Assembly (NCBI GenBank): GCA_951406725.2
Contig: OX597816.1
Span: 92,938,001 to 93,002,000, forward strand
Source: Octopus vulgaris
Lineage: Eukaryota
Direction of reading: 5' to 3'
DNA: 64,000 bases
In this document: one piece after another, positions 55,371 through 64,000 of the stretch
Position numbering within the stretch: position 1 is the first letter of the stretch
Layout of the letters: each line of letters opens with the position of its first letter
The notes under the pieces: model-generated
Told to the model about the DNA's origin: nothing
The model's database searches: none
What the model saw: the letters and a program-made list of their open reading frames with translations, nothing else
Position numbers and translations under genes: made by a program

Positions 55371-56163
55371 AGTAATAATAATAATAATTGACTCTCCTGT
55401 GGAAGATGACATATGATCATTCTACTTATGCCGAACGATCTGTACAAATGAGTTGTGATGAAATGTTCGTGCCACACACTAGCTCACTCTCTCCATCAAA
55501 TCGACGTTGTCTGATCAGATGCTCGGTGTGCCACGCGTCATATGAGTGCAGAACATCTAGAGATGAAGTGTTTTGCTCAAGAACACAACGCGCCATCCGA
55601 TCTAGGAATTGAAATCACGATCCCTCGATTTCGACGTATGAGTGTTTGAATGAAAAGATTGAAAATAAAAAATAAAAAAAAAACAGAAGCTGCATCTGTT
55701 TGTGGTGGATGCGTGAATGTAATTTGTGTTGAGGTATGGATTTTGCAATGAAGCCACAATGGAGACAATGATAATTTTGATTTGCCTGGAATTGGACAAA
55801 AGTGTTTATTGATTGCAGGATATAGCTCTTTTGTTGTTCTGTTTCTTCAACTCAAATTGCTTAGATGCATCATGACACATTTTACACCACTCAGATCCAT
55901 CTAGACAATAACTTTCCCGAGATGTTATGTTAAGCTGTAGGGATTCTAGTGAATGTTTCAAATTATCCTTATACATTAGCAGGGGTCTTCCTTTACTGCA
56001 GAATATCCCTCTACTTGTTGGCCATACAAAAGAATTTTCGAAATGCGATCATCTTTCATTCAAGCATGTCCTGCCCATTTGCACTGAATTCTCAACAGCT
56101 TGTTTTCGATACTGGGATATCACATTATTCTAAAACAATAACAATGATAATCTAATATGTAGT

Positions 56164-56203
<40 letters not shown>

Positions 56204-57236
56204 TGCATAGGCAAAAGGTGAAGTAACATGACTAGAAAAAATTAAAGTTTGAGTACAGAATGGCTTGAAGTCTTCACTCTGGTGCCATGGCTTTGAGTTT
56301 AATCATTTCTGGTTCGATAAATACAATTACCAGTCCAGTATTAATTCTTCTTTCCTCTCTCTCTCCCCTCTCTCTCTCTCTCTTTCTCCCCACCACTCTC
56401 TCTCTAAGGAAAAAGTCGACTGTATTCAAACATGGAAATAACAGCGTCTCTACAACTCCACTTCATATTTCCCATTGTCATTCATATATCATAGAAGTGA
56501 GTAGAATAGAGGTTTCGAGTTACGGAATTCTATACTATCGAGAAGATTTTCAGAAACAACGTTTTAAATAATGTGTAGGGGAGGGGTTTGACGGATGCCT
56601 GAAATTAAAGAGAAATAACTGAAATATGGTATTAATGGATATAGACAAAGTGACGACGTATGGCTTTATAAACGATAATGATAAATAAGTAATAGAAACG
56701 AGGAACGAATCAATCAATAAATATCTGGTTAAAGATTAGATTATTTATAGAGCTTAGGTCCCAATGTAGATGATTAGTCTGACAGGGATGAAAACTAGGT
56801 GGATAAAACAGTAATAAGCTATTAGTTAGACGTAGTTCGACGTATTTAACTGAAGTTTAAGAGTGTAATGAGAGAAGCGAAGGGCATTACAGGAAGGTGA
56901 TGAAATTAGTCAGGAGAGGTGTGAAGTGACTGCTGTGTAAGGAAAGTAATGTTCTAATATTTTACTCGGAGAGATAAGTAGTGTAGGTGGATTTTTATTG
57001 TAGTAAAGATGAAAATGTGCCAACAGTTTATGTAAGAAAGAACATGGGGAAGTTGCTAAGACGGTGGTCAAGATTAGAAATAGGTAGGTTGGTAGGTAGG
57101 TAGGTTAATTCTTATTTTGGCAGGTGAATTGATTCTAATTTTAATGTAAGTAACTAAATGGAGAAGATGGATGAGGTTAGGAGTAGGAAATTTTTATTCT
57201 AGTGCAGTGAGAAAGGAGAAAAACTTACTATACATA

Positions 57237-57393
57237 TAGGCGCAGGCATGGCTATGTAGTAAGAAGTTTGCTTCTCAGCCACATGGTTCCAGGTTCAGCC
57301 CTATTGTGTGGTACCTTGAGCAGATGTCTTCTACTCAGGCCGAATAAAGCTTTGTGAGTGGATTTTGTAGAAAGAAACTGAAAGAAACCCGTC

Positions 57394-57434
<41 letters not shown>

Positions 57435-57805
57435 GTTGAATATAGTACTTAAGTTATAGGTACCAGAATTTAGTATGTTATTATCCAAATAATTCAGAAT
57501 GGGGTGATTATAATCAAAATAAGCAACAAGGATATCTGCATTACCTCTGGATATCCTTGTTGCTTATTTTGATTATATATATACACGTGTATGTGTGTGC
57601 ATTTGTGCCTGTCCCTTATTACCGTTTGGCAACCGGTGTTAGTGTGTTTACGTCCTCATAACTTAGCGATTTGGCAAAACAGACCCATAAAATAAGTGCC
57701 AGGCTTAAAAACAAATACAAAACAATAATTGGTTCGACTAAAATTCTTCAAGTCGGTACCCTAGCTTGGCCGCAGTGAAATGACTGAGACAAGTAAAAGA
57801 TAAAG
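57237..57805 (+). mobile_element. SINE family A with a mini fold-back insert (57430-57576)
   Basis: Head and tail are present. The insert matches the terminus of the 16683-18764 element. Confidence 0.8.
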
Positions 57806-58156
57806 ATATATGTTGCAAAGAGAAGACAGTGAACTGGCAGAAACAATGATGTTGAATAGGATACTTTGCAACTTTTATTTCGACTCTCTTCATTTATTTT
57901 CAAATTCTGCTGTGGGTCAATTTTCTCTTTCATTCTTTCAGAGTCGACAAAAAAAAAGTACTTATTTACGGCGGTGAATTGTTTGGGTTTCGCATAGGAT
58001 GTCATGCGATATTCGTTCCCACTTATTACATTCTGAGCTGAAATCCCGTTCCGTCACCGAAAAACTTTGCGAAGTCAGACGGGAGTTGCGACCGCTAGGT
58101 AGTATCAGAAATTTGGAAAACTAACGGAAACATAAATCCGTGGTTCGAGCGGGCTA

Positions 58157-59434
58157 CGAGGTGGTATCAAAATGTTTCCAGACTAGTTATATTTAATAAA
58201 AAGTAACATATTCACCTAAGTTTTAACATCAACTTCGAAATTGTCACCTTGCGCAGCAATACACCGGTTCCAGTGTTCCCTCCACATTTAGAATCTGGCC
58301 TCAAATTCGTTTTCCGTAAGCGAATCGAGGAGTTTCTGCAATTCGCTCTGGATCGCGACAACGGTGTTAAAACGACGACCTTTGAGCTGTATTTTCATTG
58401 TGAAGAAGAGTTAAATCTCGCGAATAGGGTGGGTACGGAAGCGATAGTATGTTGCTTTTGGCAAGAAACTTATGAGTGAGGAAAGCTCGGTGGCAGGGTG
58501 CATTGTCGTCGTGAAGAATCCAATTCTTCACGCTCCACAGATCCGGTAGCTTTCACCTAATATCCTCCTCAAATGCTTCAGAACATCGCAGTAGAACTCT
58601 CGATTGACGGTCTGGTTCTGGGGGACGAATTCTCGATGCACACTAACGCGGACGTCAAAAAAGACGATAAACATGCTTTTGATTGAGCTGCGGCTTTGTC
58701 GTGGCTTCTTCAGTCGTAGAGATGAAAGCTTCCTCCATTGTGGTGACTGCTGCTTCATCTCAGGGTCATGCACGTAGACCCAGTTCTCTTCACCGGTGAT
58801 GGTCTTCGACATGAAGGATGGATCATTAGCGGCACGCTAACGAATATTTTGACAAACTTCGACCCGAAGTTTTTTCTGCTCAGTGGTCAGCATGCGAGGG
58901 ACAGAAATACGCCGCGTGTTTAATTCAGACGTTAGGATTGCCTGTATGGGCCCATACGACAGCAATGTCGTTGATTGTCCTCCGACGATCTTCATGCAAA
59001 AGCTGAATTTTCTCCCCATTTCCGGGGGTGATGTTCGTGGCAGGTCTTCCAAATCGCTCATCGACTTCCAGGGACGTTCTTCCGTGTTTGAAGCGCCCAT
59101 GCTAATCGAAACATTGCGTATGACCCATTGCCATGTCGCCGTAAGCTTATGAAGCGAAGCATGCTCTTTGTCTATGTAGCAGAATTCCCAAGTTTAGCGC
59201 AAAATTTCACTTCGGGCTCTTTGCTCAAACTTTCTGTCCATGACAAAATCGCAGACCGTAGCATACACGTGATAACAAAAACACAAATTTCACAACTTGC
59301 AAAGTAAGTACAGTGATGTCACTCGCACACTGCCTCATAAAGATCACTGCTGGCGCTCACTACACACGCAACTGTGTGCTGCTATCTCTTGACGTGCAAC
59401 AGAACTAGTCCGGGAAGTATTTGATACCACCTCG
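58157..59434 (-). mobile_element. mariner-family transposon, decayed
   Basis: ~32 bp TIRs cgaggtggtatcaaa..gactagtt with TA flanks. Fragments VPRMLT.EQK..RV, ITGEENWVY.HDPE.KQQS.QW and HDDNAPCH. Confidence 0.9.
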
Positions 59435-61210
59435 TATCAACTACCACCAATATTAGAAGTAAAACTCGATTAACATATGGTGTGAAATGAGGTGTTATAG
59501 GTAGAAATTTAGAAATATAATCAAAAATTATCAACGTGTGTATTATTAAAAGGGCTAGACGTAATAACATAATTCTAATTAGATTATTTTTACAACATAA
59601 AAAATAGCTATGGTGAGAGGATTTAGGGTCATGGTCAGGTAATATTTTCAGGCTTTTATATTCACATAGAAAACGCTTACTCTTCCCTACTCTGATTAAT
59701 TTCTTTATTTTGGATTTATATTTGTGTAATAGTTCACACGCTTAGAGAATTACTAATAGAATTAAATTTGAGGCAGGTTATATTTTGGGCAATATTGACC
59801 TACCTTCACTAAGCACAATGCTAAGTGAGTACATTCATATGAATAGAACTCAGTACAGTATTGGTACTTATTGTTATCAACTAAGCATATGTTTTGTCAA
59901 TCTGTCTAATAGGAGTTGGAAAAGTATCATTACATTATAGTATGCATAAAGTACCCATTTCAAAGTAAAGTGTACAAAACCAAGTCGTTTCGATTCATGT
60001 TTTTGTGAGGAGGAAAGATAATTACTATATAACAGTTGGACTCGACCCCACGTTTCACTGCAAGGAAATTACAAGTTGTTATGTGTGCAAACACCTTTTC
60101 TGTCCAATCAACGGCCTTTGATTACGTGCTAGTCTCATGGTATAACTAGGACTTTCTGTTAACAGAGCCAACAAATACAGCTCCTTTCAGCGCGAAAAGA
60201 GCCGAATGGATTTAGTCCTTGATAGAGTTCGCTCTGGACTCATATCTTTTCTCACGGCTACATGCTCAACCCGGCGCGATATAGCTGAAGAAACAAACTG
60301 CGGAAACACAGCAACAAAAGTAAGCATTCATGTGTAAAAATTAGTCTAAATGTTGAATTTCTGGTGAAGATCGTCTGCGCTTGTAATATACTCTGTTTCA
60401 TATAAAATTTACTCTTCTTGTATTACATTAACACATTCTGTATTAATGTAGCAATAAATAATACCTATATACTTACATGCCTTTCTTCATGACCACGCTA
60501 CAACTGTAATAGTTAATTCTGGCAAAAAGGCAAGGAAAACAAGGGAAAGAATTTGGGAAAATAAATAAATTAAAATGAATTAAAATAAAATTTAGTAGAA
60601 AGGGAGTCTGATTTTTAGTAGTAGTACAGTAGTAATTTTAGGCACCTTGGAGGATTTTCTAAACGTTGATGGAAGATCTTAAAGTACCTAGGTAGCGAGG
60701 CTGTTGGATTTCAGTTAATAAACATTTTGTGGTGTGATAGATTAAATAAATAGCTGTTGAAAACTAACTAGGCATGCTTGCTTTACGTAAAAATCCTGGT
60801 AAAGTCGGCGCTAACATACGTAGTGCATATTCTCTAGTTTAACTACCTCTTAATATATTCGCGTGTGGAAACAATACCTAAGTTGTGAACACAATAGCTA
60901 ACTTGCTAGATAGACAGACAGATAAATAGTTGAGAGTATGGACAAGGTGCCGGATAAGTTTTTTGGTAGGCGATGTTTCCTCTCTTTTTAATAATACGTA
61001 TCTGACCAAGACCATTATCTCTCTCTGCTTCACTTTACTTAGAGCAGTCTAGGTAAGTGGAAAAGATTTGTCTCATCCACATCATTATAGAAAGCAGAAG
61101 TAAGTACTGGTCCTATGAATTACAACGTTTAACAAAGCATTGTAGGAATCTATTGGAATGATAGTGAAATATGGTGTCACTGGTTACTACTCTTTAAACA
61201 ATATAGTGAG

Positions 61211-61285
<75 letters not shown>

Positions 61286-61299
61286 TGTATCATTTGAAG

Positions 61300-61379
<80 letters not shown>

Positions 61380-61383
<4 letters not shown>

Positions 61384-61630
61384 TTTTATTTGGTTTGCAA
61401 GATTCTTTATGTGAATTCGTGTGCTGAAGCATATTTTATTGTGCTTGGGGAGAGTCATTCTCTTTTAGTGCCGTATTACTTTAACACATTCACCGGTCTA
61501 ATTTCCACTCATTTACTTATTTATTTTACTAAAATTTTCGTAAAAATAAATAAGTAAATGAGACGAAATCAGACCGGTGAGTGTATTAAATTAATAAGGC
61601 ACTAAAAGAATGACTCTCTGCAGACAGAAT
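61380..61630. mobile_element. Fold-back copy of the repeat seen at 26855-27415
   Basis: Arms ~61450-61529 and 61540-61619, set between (TA)n and (CA)n. Confidence 0.7.
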
Positions 61631-61631
61631 A

Positions 61632-61664
<33 letters not shown>

Positions 61665-64000
61665 TATATCTATATATATGTTACTGTGTATATTATTGTA
61701 TATCATACAATGTCTGTTGTTGATAATTTAATACTGGTTTACCAGAGTATTCCGGTATATTGAAGATAAACTCCATTTGAGCTGGAATTTATATAATTAA
61801 TAATTTGACTTGGAAGAAAGTCAATTTTTCTATGTGAGACGTATAATACCGGCTGTTTAGTTTATCGATTTTTTCACTACGACATGATTTGAACTCAAAA
61901 CGTCGATAATTAAACTAAATATTGATTTATTTAAGCACAAGGCACATGGACGAACCGAATAGCCATTAGTGTTATAAAATCACCGAAGGCTGAGCTTTCA
62001 GATTTGCTCATACCAAATTTTTTAGCCGTAACATTTATTGATTTCTTTTTCGTGGTCTTTATTTAATAACATTTTGGTCTCGTGAAAAAAGACTGCGAGT
62101 GAAAGGTATCAACCGTCTCAACCAACCATGGAAACAAAATACCAGAAGACATTTAATCCGACAATTCACCACTTCTAGCAACAGTCCACTCTCGAATTCT
62201 CGCAATTAATAAATAAAGCTAATCTCTGAGTAGATGAAGAGAACAAAATAACACCAACGGCAACAACAACATAATTTATTAATTTCATAACAAACAGCAT
62301 TAGAACAAGTAAATAGGAAAAAAAAATATATTAGACAGAAAGCAGCAAGTGAAGCAAAGTTCTCCTAACCTATTGCAGAATGACAACTAATTGACTTTCT
62401 TTTGTTGAATGTTCAGCTTTCAAATTCGTTCAATAGTATTCTAAAAGAATTGATACAATGGACGAACGAAGAAAAAAAATAATAGCCTTCCATTTTCAAT
62501 GTTGATCAATCAATATCTCAACTTTTGAAGTTGATGCAAGAATTATTATGTAAAACAAGAAACAAAACATTAAGCAATTCAATCAAACTTAAAGCAGACT
62601 TTAAGGAAATGAACATAAAGTGAAGCATTGAACTTCGCTTGTTTCAATTAATATACATAAATATTCTCAGACTGAGTGCATTGCATGAAGCAGCATCACG
62701 TGCAGCTGCATTTTATGCAATCTATGCTTCGCATTCTTCATACAATGTTTGTGTTATCCTTATTCAAATAATAGATTGCTTAGATTTTCTTTCTTCCTTT
62801 CTTATATTCTGAAATATTCTGTCATAAGCGAAAGTATCAAGATTCCTTTGTGTTATTGAACATTTACCTTCGCTCTTTGTTTCCATTCTTGTGATTTCTT
62901 AAACTCTCTGATATGAAGTTATCGTTGGTTACTGTTATAATAAGGTTATCACTGTCATCTTCAGCTGCCATGAAGCTTTACTTCTCATCTAGCATGTCAT
63001 AGATTGACGAATATGTTGTTGTTACTATTGTTGCTGTGGTTGTTGTTGTTGCTGCTGCTGCTATTGTTGCAGCCGTTGTTGTTTCTGTATAGCACAAGGC
63101 ATAACCTGATCCAGAGGTTCTATGGTATTTATGTAAACAATCTGATAACTAAGCACCTCATATATACCACACCTCTGCCTCGTTGAGGGTCTATACTGTA
63201 CATTCAGACTGAAGTGGTTTACTGTGAAGGGAAAAGTAAGAAAGTTGGGACATGTTGCTTATTTTTCTCACTATTCTTGTGCATCTATAGGTTTTGGTGG
63301 CAACCCCATCTGAACCAGACAAGGCAGAAAGGATCAAAATATAACCACAGTTTAGTTTCTCTTCTTCCTGAAGCAATAGTATGTTCCAGAACGATGTTTG
63401 AGAAACTAAGATTTATGATGCTGCAGTTATATATGTTTATGTTTTTTTCTTTCCTATTCGTCTTGGGAGAGGAATAATGTACCTTAATGTAGTTTTGTAA
63501 TTGTTATTATCATTTAGCCTCAACCCAGGTAAAGATCGAACCGACCCTGAGCAATGGTAATCCAGTCTTTAATTAAAATTGTGTCGAAGTTTGCACTATC
63601 CAATGTGTCTTACATTTTTTATGCAAAATGGTGTGATCTGAGAGGCGTTTCGTTGCTCATTCTCGTAGGTTGGGCGACCACATCGTGGAAGTACTGTCAT
63701 GTCTTGTTTTTTGGAGCCGATTCTGCATGAAGGAGCAGGGTCTCAGTTAACTGGATCTTACTGTGGTCATACAGTGCATTCTTCTCATACCCAAGTGTCC
63801 TTTTAGGTTTTTAATGTATTTTTATATTGTCTATCTTTCCTTTGATTTTTTTTTTTGCTTAGTCATCCTGAAAGGCTATTTTGTCATATTTTACATTAAA
63901 TTTCAAGTGCAGCTAACACTTTGATCTGTTTCTAAATTTTGAATTTGAAGTTCACTAAGAAGTTTAATGTGCCGCACAAGCGATAATATGAGAGAATCTT

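Overview
AT-rich eukaryotic non-genic DNA, packed with microsatellites and transposons. The SINE families look like those I associate with octopus genomes; this is recognition, not a database result. I found no host gene exon I can support. The only intact coding unit is a ~5.6 kb CR1-group LINE (4595-10181) inside a (TA)n tract. It has a modular tandem-repeat 5'UTR, an unusual ORF1 (Myb/SANT-like plus CCCH zinc finger), an overlapping APE-RT ORF2 with a correctly phased -1 slippery heptamer, and a 3' hairpin shared with the local SINEs. The rest is decayed Tc1, mariner, pogo and hAT transposons, non-autonomous Helitrons, RTE, Tx1 and R4/Dong LINE relics, and three SINE families. The main hidden signal is about 9 type I hammerhead ribozyme (HHR) motifs in several unrelated short elements, probably Penelope-like (PLE). 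Three carry compensatory U3-A8 or G3-C8 cores. Most sit in fold-back (inverted) insertions whose junctions fall inside the ribozyme, one exactly at the predicted cleavage site. Coordinates were read by eye, so boundaries of decayed elements are approximate.
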